Source: Bacteroidales bacterium
GTDB taxonomy: Bacteria; Bacteroidota; Bacteroidia; Bacteroidales; UBA12077
DNA length: 64,000 nucleotides
Assembly (NCBI GenBank): GCA_018334675.1
Contig: JAGXLL010000007.1
Coordinates: forward strand, 137 to 64,136
Reading direction: 5' to 3'
Shown here in pieces: positions 1-9,107 of the stretch. The position numbers and the translations under genes are program-made. The number at the start of each line of letters is the position of its first letter. Position 1 is the stretch's first letter. The notes under the pieces are model-generated. The model saw only the letters and a list, made by a program, of their open reading frames with translations, did no database searches and was not told the origin of the DNA.

Positions 1-1148
1 GGACCCCCGACCGCAACCAGTATGAGTTTGAAGGGATCATCTCCAACTCAGGGGTGCTTGAAATTATGCCCGATGGTTATGGCTTTTTGCGTTCGGCGGA
101 GTACAATTATCTGAACAGCCCTGATGACATTTATGTATCTCAGTCGCAGATCAAACTTTTCGGCCTCAAGACCGGCGATACCGTTGAAGGTACCATCCGT
201 CCGCCCAAAGAAGGAGAAAAATATTTTCCCCTGATCAAAGTGCAGAAGATCAATGGCCGCAGCCCGGATTTTATTCGCGACCGCGTGCCTTTTGACTACT
301 TAACCCCTTTGTTTCCCGAGCAAAAATTTAAACTCACCAATGGCAACAAGGACACCCTCTCTTGCAGGATGGTAGATATGTTTGCCCCCATTGGCAAAGG
401 TCAGCGTGGGTTGATTGTAGCCCAGCCCAAGACGGGTAAAACCATTCTGCTGAAAGATATAGCCAATGCCATTTCCTTCAACCATCCGGAGGTATACATG
501 ATCGTGCTTCTGATCGATGAGCGACCGGAGGAGGTTACTGATATGGCCCGCAATGTGAAGGGAGAAGTGATATCCTCCACCTTTGATGAACCGGCCGAGC
601 GCCACGTAAGGGTAGCCAACATTGTGCTGGAGAAAGCCAAGAAAATGACCGAATGTGGCCATGATGTGGTGATCCTGCTGGATTCGATCACCCGCCTGGC
701 CCGCGCCTTCAATACCATATCTCCGGCTTCGGGCAAGATCCTCTCCGGTGGTGTGGATGCCAATGCCTTGCATAAACCCAAGCGTTTCTTCGGGGCGGCA
801 AGAAACATCGAAGAAGGAGGGTCCCTGACCATTCTTGCTACGGCACTGACCGAAACCGGTTCGAAGATGGACGATGTGATTTTTGAAGAGTTTAAAGGCA
901 CCGGCAATATGGAGCTTCAACTCGACCGCCGCCTCTCGAACCGCCGCATCTTCCCTTCCATCGATATCACCATGTCCAGCACACGGCGTGAAGAACTCCT
1001 GCTGGATGAGGAAATCCTCAATAAGGTCTGGATCCTGCGCAACTATCTCACAGACATGACCTCTGTAGAGGCTATGGAATTCCTGCGCGACAAGATCGCC
1101 CGTACCAAGACCAACCAGGAGTTTCTGATCTCGATGAACAGCGAATAA
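1..1148 (+). CDS. rho: Transcription termination factor Rho, C-terminal ~380 aa (5' end is upstream of the window)
   Basis: Frame 3 is open from nt 3 (..[25 protein letters not shown]..), so the listed 54..1148 ORF is only the in-window part. Contains Walker [23 protein letters not shown] and [16 protein letters not shown], typical of the Rho ATPase core. Confidence 0.95.
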   Translation, partial: TPDRNQYEFEGIISNSGVLEIMPDGYGFLRSAEYNYLNSPDDIYVSQSQIKLFGLKTGDTVEGTIRPPKEGEKYFPLIKVQKINGRSPDFIRDRVPFDYLTPLFPEQKFKLTNGNKDTLSCRMVDMFAPIGKGQRGLIVAQPKTGKTILLKDIANAISFNHPEVYMIVLLIDERPEEVTDMARNVKGEVISSTFDEPAERHVRVANIVLEKAKKMTECGHDVVILLDSITRLARAFNTISPASGKILSGGVDANALHKPKRFFGAARNIEEGGSLTILATALTETGSKMDDVIFEEFKGTGNMELQLDRRLSNRRIFPSIDITMSSTRREELLLDEEILNKVWILRNYLTDMTSVEAMEFLRDKIARTKTNQEFLISMNSE

Positions 1149-1187
1149 TCGCACAAACATGTTATACAACATATCTGCTTAACTTAA

Positions 1188-1216
1188 GCGGGTCCCTATT
1201 AGGGATCCGCTTTTTG
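1188..1216 (+). terminator. Intrinsic terminator after rho
   Basis: GCGGGTCCCT-att-AGGGATCCGC forms a 10-bp stem with one G-U pair, followed directly by TTTTTGT. Confidence 0.7.
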
Positions 1217-1372
1217 TATGCCATTTTAACAACCTTTCAGCCCATTATTTTTAATTAAAATGAATAGTGTGCTGAGAGGCTGATTTTCGTCATGAACTGG
1301 AGATGAGTGAAATTTTTATTATAATTTTGTTGGGTGATTCAATTTGTTGTTTAAATAATTTGAGGAATTAAT

Positions 1373-4300
1373 ATGACACAAAAGAAAAATTTTATAACGT
1401 GTGACGGGAACTATGCAGCTTCTCATGTAGCTTATATGTTCAGTGAGGTAGCTGCTATCTATCCCATTACGCCTTCATCAACCATGGCTGAGTATATTGA
1501 TGAATGGGCGGCCCATGGAAGAAAGAACATTTTTGGAGATGAAGTCAAGGTAACAGAACTGCAGTCTGAGGGTGGTGCATCCGGTGCAGTGCACGGATCA
1601 TTGCAGGCCGGATCGTTAACATCAACCTTTACCGCCTCTCAGGGGTTATTATTGATGATCCCGAATATGTTTAAAATGGCCGGTGAGTTGCTCCCCGCTG
1701 TCTTCCATGTAAGTGCACGGAGTGTGGCTACTCACGCCCTTTCTATCTTCGGTGATCACAGTGATGTGATGGCCGCCAGACAAACCGGATTTGCTTTTCT
1801 GGCCAGCGGCAGCATCCAGGAAATCATGGATATTGCAGCAGTAGCCCACCTTACTGCCATTAAAACCCGGATTCCTTTTACTCATTTCTTCGATGGTTTC
1901 AGGAATTCTCATGAGATACAGAAAGTAGAATATCTGGAGGATCATCAGCTGGCTCCGCTGGTGGATTATGATGCCCTGCAGAAGTTCCGCGACAATGCCT
2001 TGAGCCCGGAACACCCTGTTACCAGGGGAACGGCTCAGAACCCCGACATCTTCTTCCAGGCCCGGGAGTCCTGCAACAAGTATTATGAACCGGTGGCTGA
2101 TGTCGTGGACCACTACATGCAGGAAATCACTCAGCTCACAGGCCGCGAGTATCATCCTTTCACTTTCTATGGCGACGATAAGGCCGAAAACGTGATTGTG
2201 GCCATGGGTTCTGTTACCCAGACCATCAAGGAAGTAGTGGATCACCTCAATAATAAGGGAGAGAAGGTAGGATTGCTGAATGTGCATCTTTACCGTCCAT
2301 TCTCTGAAAAATATTTCTTCAAGGCCCTTCCCGACAGTGTCAAGCGTATTGCCGTTCTGGACCGTACCAAGGAACCCGGAGCCATGGGTGAGCCCCTCTA
2401 TCTGGATGTGCGCAACCTGTTCTATGGAAGGAAAAATGCTCCGGTGATTGTAGGCGGACGTTATGGACTGAGCTCCAAAGATACCAAACCTTCCGATATC
2501 GTATCGGTATTTGAGAACCTCAAGCAGAAAGAGCCCAAGAATGGTTTCACCATTGGCATCGTAGATGATGTCACTTACCTCTCCCTGCCCAAGCAGCCAG
2601 AGGTGAGTGTGGTTCCGGAAGGCACTTTCGAAGGCCGTTTCTATGGTATCGGAGGTGATGGAACCGTCGGAGCCAACAAGAACTCCATCAAGATCATCGG
2701 TGAGGCCACCGATAAATATGCCCAGGGCTACTTCGCCTATGACTCGAAGAAGTCAGGGGGTACCACTACTTCTCACCTTCGGTTTGGGGATTATCCGATC
2801 CGATCGCCCTATCTGGTTAGCCACCCCGACTTTGTGGCTTGTCATGTGCCGGCTTATCTGGAAAAGTATGATATGCTGCAGGGCATCAAAGAGGGTGGAA
2901 CCTTCCTGCTAAACAGCATCTGGGATGCTGAGACCACGAAGGATAAGCTTCCCGATAGCATGAAGAAGCAACTGGCCGACAAGAACATCAACTTCTATAC
3001 CATCAATGCCACCGAGATTGCCGAAGAGATTGGTTTGGGCGGACGAACCAATACCATCATGCAGAGCGCTTTCTTTAAAGTGGCCGAGGTGATCCCTTAT
3101 GAACAGGCCGTTGAGGAAATGAAGAAGGCTATTGTCAAGACCTTTGGTAAGAAAGGTGAAGACATCGTTAACATGAACAACAAAGCCGTAGATCGGGGTG
3201 GTGAAGTTGAGAAGGTGGAGATACCCGAAGAATGGAAGAACATCAAGGTTCAGGGTGAAGATGAAGATTATGCTGACTTGCCTGACTTTGTGAAGAATGT
3301 GGCCATGCCCATGAACCTTCAGAAAGGAGATGAACTGCCGGTAAGTGCTTTTGTTGGCCGCGAAGACGGAACCTTCCCTGCAGGTACCACTCAGTATGAA
3401 AAACGGGGAGTAGCCGTAAACGTACCTGAATGGATCGCAGAAAATTGTATACAGTGTAACCAGTGTGCCTATGTCTGCCCACACGCTGTGATCAGGCCCT
3501 TCCTGCTCACCGACGAGGAGGTGGATAATGCACCCGAAGGCATCGACACCATCAAAGGCAAAGGCCCCATTAAAGAATACAACTTCAGAATACAGGTCAG
3601 CCCACTGGATTGTACCGGTTGTGGTAACTGTGTGGATGTATGTCCTTCCCCGGAAAAAGCCCTGGTGATGAAACCCCTGGATTCTCAGATGGATCAGGAT
3701 GAGAAATGGGACTATATGAACGAAAAGATCGGTTACAAAGACGATGTGGTACCTAAGGAAAAGACACTGAAGAACAGTCAGTTTGCTGAGCCGTTGTTTG
3801 AGTTCCATGGTGCCTGCCCGGGTTGTGGTGAAACACCCTATATTAAGGTTATCACCCAGCTATTTGGCGACCGTATGATGATCGCCAACGCCACCGGCTG
3901 TTCATCCATCTATGGCGGCTCTGCACCCAGCACACCTTATAAGCCGGGTAAAAACGGCAGAGGACCTGCCTGGGCCAATTCCCTGTTTGAAGACAACGCC
4001 GAATACGGTTACGGAATGGCCGTTGGTGTGAACAAGCTCAGAAGACGCATTGCCCAAAAGATGCAGGAAGCCATGAACAATGGCGTGGGCGATGAAACCA
4101 AAGCCCTCTTCCAGGAGTGGATCGACAATAAGGAGCATGCGGATAAGTCCCGCGAGGTGTCCGAAAAGCTTCTTCAGAAGCTTGATAAGGAAGATCATCC
4201 GCTGGCCCAGGATATCCTGTCCCTGAAAGATTACCTCACCAAGCGTTCGGTGTGGATCATCGGTGGGGACGGATGGGCCTACGACATTGGCTACGGCGGT

Positions 4301-4894
4301 CTGGACCACGTACTGGCTTCCGGCGAGGATGTCAATGTACTGGTGGTCGATACCGAGGTATATTCCAATACCGGCGGCCAGGCTTCGAAAGCCACCCCCG
4401 CAGGCGCGGTGGCCAAATTTGCCGCTTCCGGTATGAAGTCGCGCAAAAAGGACCTGGGTATGATGGCCATGAACTACGGCCACGTCTATGTAGCACAGGT
4501 GTCCATGGGTGCCAGCCAAAACCAGTACTTTAAAGCGATCAAGGAAGCGGAAGCCCATCCCGGCCCGTCCCTGATCATCGCTTATTCACCCTGTATCAAC
4601 CACGGCCTGCGTGTCGGTATGGGTAAAACCCAGGAAGAAGAGAAACAGGCAGTGAAAGTAGGGTTCTGGCAAAATTATCGCTATAATCCGGCATTGGAAG
4701 CCGAAGGCAAAAACCCCTTCCAGCTCGACTCGAAAGAGCCTGATTTCAGCAAATTCCAGGATTTCCTCAAAGGCGAGGTCCGGTATACTTCCCTGAAGAA
4801 ATCTTTCCCGGAACAGGCCGATGTGCTGTTCAAACAGGCCGAAGATGACGCCAAATGGCGCTATAATAAGTATAAGAAGTTGTCTGAAGGTTAA
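1373..4894 (+). CDS. nifJ: Pyruvate:ferredoxin (flavodoxin) oxidoreductase, single-chain PFOR
   Basis: 1173 aa. Two ferredoxin-type motifs, CIQCNQCAYVCP and CTGCGNCVDVCP. TPP-binding region GGDGWAYDIGYGGLDH..VLVVDTEVYSNTGGQ. Colinear with NifJ/PorA-type PFORs. Confidence 0.95.
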   Translation: MTQKKNFITCDGNYAASHVAYMFSEVAAIYPITPSSTMAEYIDEWAAHGRKNIFGDEVKVTELQSEGGASGAVHGSLQAGSLTSTFTASQGLLLMIPNMFKMAGELLPAVFHVSARSVATHALSIFGDHSDVMAARQTGFAFLASGSIQEIMDIAAVAHLTAIKTRIPFTHFFDGFRNSHEIQKVEYLEDHQLAPLVDYDALQKFRDNALSPEHPVTRGTAQNPDIFFQARESCNKYYEPVADVVDHYMQEITQLTGREYHPFTFYGDDKAENVIVAMGSVTQTIKEVVDHLNNKGEKVGLLNVHLYRPFSEKYFFKALPDSVKRIAVLDRTKEPGAMGEPLYLDVRNLFYGRKNAPVIVGGRYGLSSKDTKPSDIVSVFENLKQKEPKNGFTIGIVDDVTYLSLPKQPEVSVVPEGTFEGRFYGIGGDGTVGANKNSIKIIGEATDKYAQGYFAYDSKKSGGTTTSHLRFGDYPIRSPYLVSHPDFVACHVPAYLEKYDMLQGIKEGGTFLLNSIWDAETTKDKLPDSMKKQLADKNINFYTINATEIAEEIGLGGRTNTIMQSAFFKVAEVIPYEQAVEEMKKAIVKTFGKKGEDIVNMNNKAVDRGGEVEKVEIPEEWKNIKVQGEDEDYADLPDFVKNVAMPMNLQKGDELPVSAFVGREDGTFPAGTTQYEKRGVAVNVPEWIAENCIQCNQCAYVCPHAVIRPFLLTDEEVDNAPEGIDTIKGKGPIKEYNFRIQVSPLDCTGCGNCVDVCPSPEKALVMKPLDSQMDQDEKWDYMNEKIGYKDDVVPKEKTLKNSQFAEPLFEFHGACPGCGETPYIKVITQLFGDRMMIANATGCSSIYGGSAPSTPYKPGKNGRGPAWANSLFEDNAEYGYGMAVGVNKLRRRIAQKMQEAMNNGVGDETKALFQEWIDNKEHADKSREVSEKLLQKLDKEDHPLAQDILSLKDYLTKRSVWIIGGDGWAYDIGYGGLDHVLASGEDVNVLVVDTEVYSNTGGQASKATPAGAVAKFAASGMKSRKKDLGMMAMNYGHVYVAQVSMGASQNQYFKAIKEAEAHPGPSLIIAYSPCINHGLRVGMGKTQEEEKQAVKVGFWQNYRYNPALEAEGKNPFQLDSKEPDFSKFQDFLKGEVRYTSLKKSFPEQADVLFKQAEDDAKWRYNKYKKLSEG

Positions 4895-4920
4895 TCCTCA
4901 GTAACAAACCAACTCAAAAA

Positions 4921-4952
4921 AAGAAGCAGGCTTTTCCCTGCTTCTTTTTTTG
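4921..4952 (+). terminator. Intrinsic terminator after nifJ
   Basis: GAAGCAGG-cttttc-CCTGCTTC stem followed by a run of 7 T. Confidence 0.75.
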
Positions 4953-4986
4953 TTGTGTAAAATCTGCTATATTTATTGATTGATTC

Positions 4987-7920
4987 ATGAAGATCTGCCC
5001 GTTTATGTTGCGATCCCTGATGATTTGCCTGTTTTTGTCCTTGTTGCTGCAGGCTGGCTTTGCCCAACGCCCTGCCTACAGACATTATGGTGTGGCTCAG
5101 GGGTTGCCCTCATCTGAAGTGTACCATGTTTACCAGGATTCCAAGGGATTTATCTGGTTTGCCACAAACATGGGTGTATCCCGTTTCGACGGCAGCGAAT
5201 TCCAGAATTTTGACCTGGAAGACGGCCTGAGCGACAACACCGTCTTTGAAATATATGAGGACCATCGCGGAAGGATCTGGTTCCTGACTTTTAATCTGAG
5301 ACTTTCTTATTATCAGGATGGAGAAATACATATCTATCAGTATAATCAACAAATTCGTAAGGCAATGTCCACAACCAAAGAACTCTATCAAAAATCCGGG
5401 TTCTATGTGGATTCCTCCGATAATGTGTATTTATCAATTAAAAGACAGGGCTTGTTAAGAATAGATCCGGCCGGGAATATTCATCATCTGAGCCATGATA
5501 AGCCCCACGAACTTGAAGTTTTTAATTTCCCGGATAAGGTGCTGGTGCCAAAGAGTACAGAGCACAGCGCATTGCATAAACGAGTCCACATCAACCGAAG
5601 GGATATCTCTTATGTCATTAGAACCACCTCAAGAACCAAAAAATATATACACCGGGCATTTGGAGTGAGTAAAGGTGAACCGATGATGCTTTATTTGGAC
5701 AGCCGCCTTTGGCACATTGCTGGCGATTCCCTTCAATCAAGTATTTTCCAGCCAGAGCTGTTATGGATGAGTTGTGACCAGGATCAGCGTTTGTGGCTGG
5801 GCACCCGACAAGGCGCCATATTGTATGACCGTTTCAATCTGGAATCTGCCAAAACCCGGTTTCTTCAGGAATATGCTGTTTCTTCCGTGATAGAGGACCA
5901 GGAAGGTGGATTCTGGTTTTCAACCCTCCAGGATGGAGTTTTTTACGCCCCCAATATTGACATAGTGAATTATTCTGAGGATGACGGGTTGACAGATGAA
6001 CGAATCGATGAACTAGCGGGTGATACCAGTGGAAATGTATGGATTGGTTATAAAGAGCCAATGGTAGGCAGATGGGACGGTGATCGCTTTGACCATTACC
6101 CGATTAAAAATACTCAAAAGGCTGGGATCTCTGCCTTACATTATGATGAATATTTGAAACGCTTATGGATTGGAAGATGGGATAATCTGTATTATCTGAT
6201 GGATCGGGATGAAAATAAGTTTATCAAGGAGGATGAGGGAGAGAATTTTGTCAAAGATGTGTTTACCCGTGGTGATGAAGCATGGTTGGGCCGGTCCGTC
6301 TGTGTGAGTTATTTTAGCAAAGGAGAACAGGTTTATCTTTCACACCATGATCATGGATTCCGGCATCAGGTTGAAGCTGTATATGCCATAGAGGACACCT
6401 TGTACATTGGCACACTAAACGGTCTATGGATAAGAGTGAACCAATCCTACCACTCTCTTGGAAAGGAAAACGATTTGTTGTATCACAGGATCACCGATAT
6501 TAAGGAATGGAATCATTATATTGTTTTAGCCACCAGAGGGGCGGGGGTCTTGTTCAAGAGGAATCAAAAGGTATATCAGCTCACTGAGGACGACGGGCTG
6601 ATCAGCAATTCCATAAAGAGCATCACGGTGGCCGGCGATGCGATCTGGGCCGTTACCAACCGGGGCCTGAGTAAGATCCAGCTTCATAACCTGAAGAAAA
6701 GGAGCTGCCCGATCTTTAATATTTCTGACCACAATGGTTTACCTACTCCTGAGACCAACGACCTGGCCATACAGGACTCCCTTATGTATGTGGCCACAAG
6801 CGCCGGATTGACCTGCTTTAATATGAACCGGGTAAGTCGCAATACCCACCCGCCCCGGATTTATGTAAAAAACATAAAGATCAATGATCAGGATACCTTG
6901 GTCAGAGATACTTTTAAACTGGCTTATAATCAGAATTTCTTTACCATCCATTATAAGGGCTTATCTTACCGCAAGCCGGGGCACCTGAATTACCAGTACC
7001 GGATGCTGGGGCTGGATTCTGCCTGGAAGGCAACCACCCGGCGGGTCAAAAGCTTCACCACCCTGCCTCCGGGAAACTATACTTTTCAGGTTAAGGCCAG
7101 CAACGAGGATGGGGTGTGGAGCAATAAACCCCTGTCCATAGCCTTTCAGATCGATAAACCCTATTGGCAAACCTGGTGGTTCATTGGTATGGTTGTATTG
7201 GTGATCACGGGGGTGTTATGGGCTTTCATTCAGTATCGCATCCGAATGGTGAAAAGGCGCAGGGAACTGCTGCAGAATATCAATGAATATAAGCAGAAGA
7301 TGCTGCGTCAGCAGATGAATCCCCATTTTATCTTCAATACCCTCAACTCCATTCAGTATTTCCTTTTGGATGATGATACCACTTCTTCGCTGACCTATCT
7401 TTCCAAATTCGCCAAACTGATGCGCATTGTCCTCGATAATTCCCAGCATACTTTTATTCCCATTGAGGATGAGATCCGTGGCCTGAGGTTGTACCTGGAG
7501 CTTGAATCACTCCGGTTTGAGGAATCATTTGATTATGAGATTCAAGTAGATGAGCATGTCAATACTTTTGAATACAAAATACCAGCCCTGTTGATTCAAC
7601 CCTATGTGGAAAATTCCATCCGCCATGGTCTGTTGCATAAAAAAGGCAAAGGGTTCCTGTTGGTGCGTCTCGCCAGCCAGGAAGAATCCCTCTTCCTGGC
7701 CATCGAGGACAACGGCATTGGCCGGAAAAAAGCCGATGAGATCAAGATGGACCAGGGGGCCATTCAGCAGTCCCTGGGTTCTAAGATTACGCAGGATCGG
7801 ATTGACATTCTAAATTCATTATACAGCAACGAGATAGATGTTCAGTATGTTGATCTGGAAGATGAGCAGGGTAATCCCAGGGGTACCCGGGTGGAAATCA
7901 GGTTGCCCTTCGTTTTTTAG
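4987..7920 (+). CDS. Sensor histidine kinase: periplasmic two-component-regulator propeller repeats + Y_Y_Y domain, TM helix, LytS/YehU-type kinase core
   Basis: N-terminal signal/anchor. Repeated ..QDSKGFIWFAT.., ..EDHRGRIWFLT.., ..EDQEGGFWFST.. propeller motifs. Y_Y_Y-like YQYRMLGLDSAWK..GNYTFQVKASNEDGVWS. TM segment WWFIGMVVLVITGVLWAF. His_kinase motif MNPHFIFNTLNSIQYF. ATPase motifs QPYVENSIRHG and IEDNGIG. Confidence 0.85.
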   Translation: MKICPFMLRSLMICLFLSLLLQAGFAQRPAYRHYGVAQGLPSSEVYHVYQDSKGFIWFATNMGVSRFDGSEFQNFDLEDGLSDNTVFEIYEDHRGRIWFLTFNLRLSYYQDGEIHIYQYNQQIRKAMSTTKELYQKSGFYVDSSDNVYLSIKRQGLLRIDPAGNIHHLSHDKPHELEVFNFPDKVLVPKSTEHSALHKRVHINRRDISYVIRTTSRTKKYIHRAFGVSKGEPMMLYLDSRLWHIAGDSLQSSIFQPELLWMSCDQDQRLWLGTRQGAILYDRFNLESAKTRFLQEYAVSSVIEDQEGGFWFSTLQDGVFYAPNIDIVNYSEDDGLTDERIDELAGDTSGNVWIGYKEPMVGRWDGDRFDHYPIKNTQKAGISALHYDEYLKRLWIGRWDNLYYLMDRDENKFIKEDEGENFVKDVFTRGDEAWLGRSVCVSYFSKGEQVYLSHHDHGFRHQVEAVYAIEDTLYIGTLNGLWIRVNQSYHSLGKENDLLYHRITDIKEWNHYIVLATRGAGVLFKRNQKVYQLTEDDGLISNSIKSITVAGDAIWAVTNRGLSKIQLHNLKKRSCPIFNISDHNGLPTPETNDLAIQDSLMYVATSAGLTCFNMNRVSRNTHPPRIYVKNIKINDQDTLVRDTFKLAYNQNFFTIHYKGLSYRKPGHLNYQYRMLGLDSAWKATTRRVKSFTTLPPGNYTFQVKASNEDGVWSNKPLSIAFQIDKPYWQTWWFIGMVVLVITGVLWAFIQYRIRMVKRRRELLQNINEYKQKMLRQQMNPHFIFNTLNSIQYFLLDDDTTSSLTYLSKFAKLMRIVLDNSQHTFIPIEDEIRGLRLYLELESLRFEESFDYEIQVDEHVNTFEYKIPALLIQPYVENSIRHGLLHKKGKGFLLVRLASQEESLFLAIEDNGIGRKKADEIKMDQGAIQQSLGSKITQDRIDILNSLYSNEIDVQYVDLEDEQGNPRGTRVEIRLPFVF

Positions 7921-7996
7921 CCTCCCGTTTTATTTTCAATTGAACTTATTTTTTTTTAACTTGTTAGAATTCTAATAATCCTAAAAAGTCTACGTT

Positions 7997-9007
7997 ATGG
8001 CAGATTTAAGTACAAAATACCTGGGCCTGGGTTTGAAAAACCCCATTATTGCTGGCGCTTCCAATATGTCTTCTGATCTGAACAAGTTGAAGCAACTGGA
8101 AGAAGCCGGCGCCTCGGCCGTGGTTTATAAGTCTCTGTTCGAAGAACAGATCCATCTCGAGGGCTATCAACTTGAGGAAGAACTGACGGAGTTCGACGAT
8201 CGGCATCCCGAGATGATCAAGACCCACCCAAATATTGAGCATGCCGGACCCCAGGAACATCTCAATGAGCTTCGTAAAGCCAAAGAGGCTTTGGGTATTC
8301 CGGTTATAGCCAGTTTAAATGCCATTTATAAAGAAACATGGAAAGAATATGCACAAAAAATTGAGGAGACTGGTGTAGACGCTTTAGAGCTTAATTTCTA
8401 CAGCATCCCCCAAAGCTTTGAGAGAGACGCCACAGGAGTCGAAGAGGAGCAGCTTAACATCCTCGAATCGATAAAAAAAGCCGTTTCCATTCCCATCAGC
8501 GTGAAGCTGAGCTCGCTTTATTCCAATCCATTGAACATCATTCGTAAGATGGATCAAAAGAAGGTGAACGGGTTTGTACTTTTTAACCGGTTTTTTGAAC
8601 CCGAGATCAATGTGGACGAGGAAGATCATAAGTTCCCCTTCAATTTGAGCCGCGAGGGCGACCATAAGATGCCCCTGCGATATGCCGGATTGCTGTATGA
8701 CAATATAGAAGGGGATGTATGCTCCAGTACCGGGATATTCGACGGACAGGATGTGATCAAGATGATCCTGGCCGGAGCCGATTGCGTTCAAACAGTTAGC
8801 AGCATCTATATCAATAAGATCGGACATGTCACAAAGATGCTGCAGGATATTGAAAAGTGGATGGATAAGAAGGGTTATTCTTCCCTGGATGATTTCAGGG
8901 GCAAACTCTCAAGAGCCCGTTTAAGCAATCCCTTCGTTTATAAACGTGCTCAGTATGTAGACATTTTGATGAACCCCGAGGAGATCATCAAACAGTATAA
9001 GTTTTGA
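7997..9007 (+). CDS. Dihydroorotate dehydrogenase-like (class 1 PyrD-fold TIM barrel) protein, function uncertain
   Basis: 336 aa. N-terminus LGLGLKNPIIAGAS, ..ALELNF.. and ..STGIFDGQDVIKMILAGADCVQ.. resemble FMN-binding PyrD/DPD-type barrels, but the LSCPN/ISSPN motif region reads FYSIP. Confidence 0.6.
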   Translation: MADLSTKYLGLGLKNPIIAGASNMSSDLNKLKQLEEAGASAVVYKSLFEEQIHLEGYQLEEELTEFDDRHPEMIKTHPNIEHAGPQEHLNELRKAKEALGIPVIASLNAIYKETWKEYAQKIEETGVDALELNFYSIPQSFERDATGVEEEQLNILESIKKAVSIPISVKLSSLYSNPLNIIRKMDQKKVNGFVLFNRFFEPEINVDEEDHKFPFNLSREGDHKMPLRYAGLLYDNIEGDVCSSTGIFDGQDVIKMILAGADCVQTVSSIYINKIGHVTKMLQDIEKWMDKKGYSSLDDFRGKLSRARLSNPFVYKRAQYVDILMNPEEIIKQYKF

Positions 9008-9023
9008 CAGGAAAAATTTTGTT

Positions 9024-9075
9024 CAAAAAAATCAGCGCCTAGAGTCTTAAAGGCCCTTAGCGCTGATTTTTTTTG
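9024..9075. terminator. Bidirectional terminator between convergent genes
   Basis: A-run, then ATCAGCGC ..21 nt.. GCGCTGAT, then T-run (TTTTTTTT). It lies between the stop at 9007 (+) and the stop at 9108 (-). Confidence 0.6.
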
Positions 9076-9107
9076 GCTCTTAGCGCCGAATTTGTTTACC
9101 TGATTTT

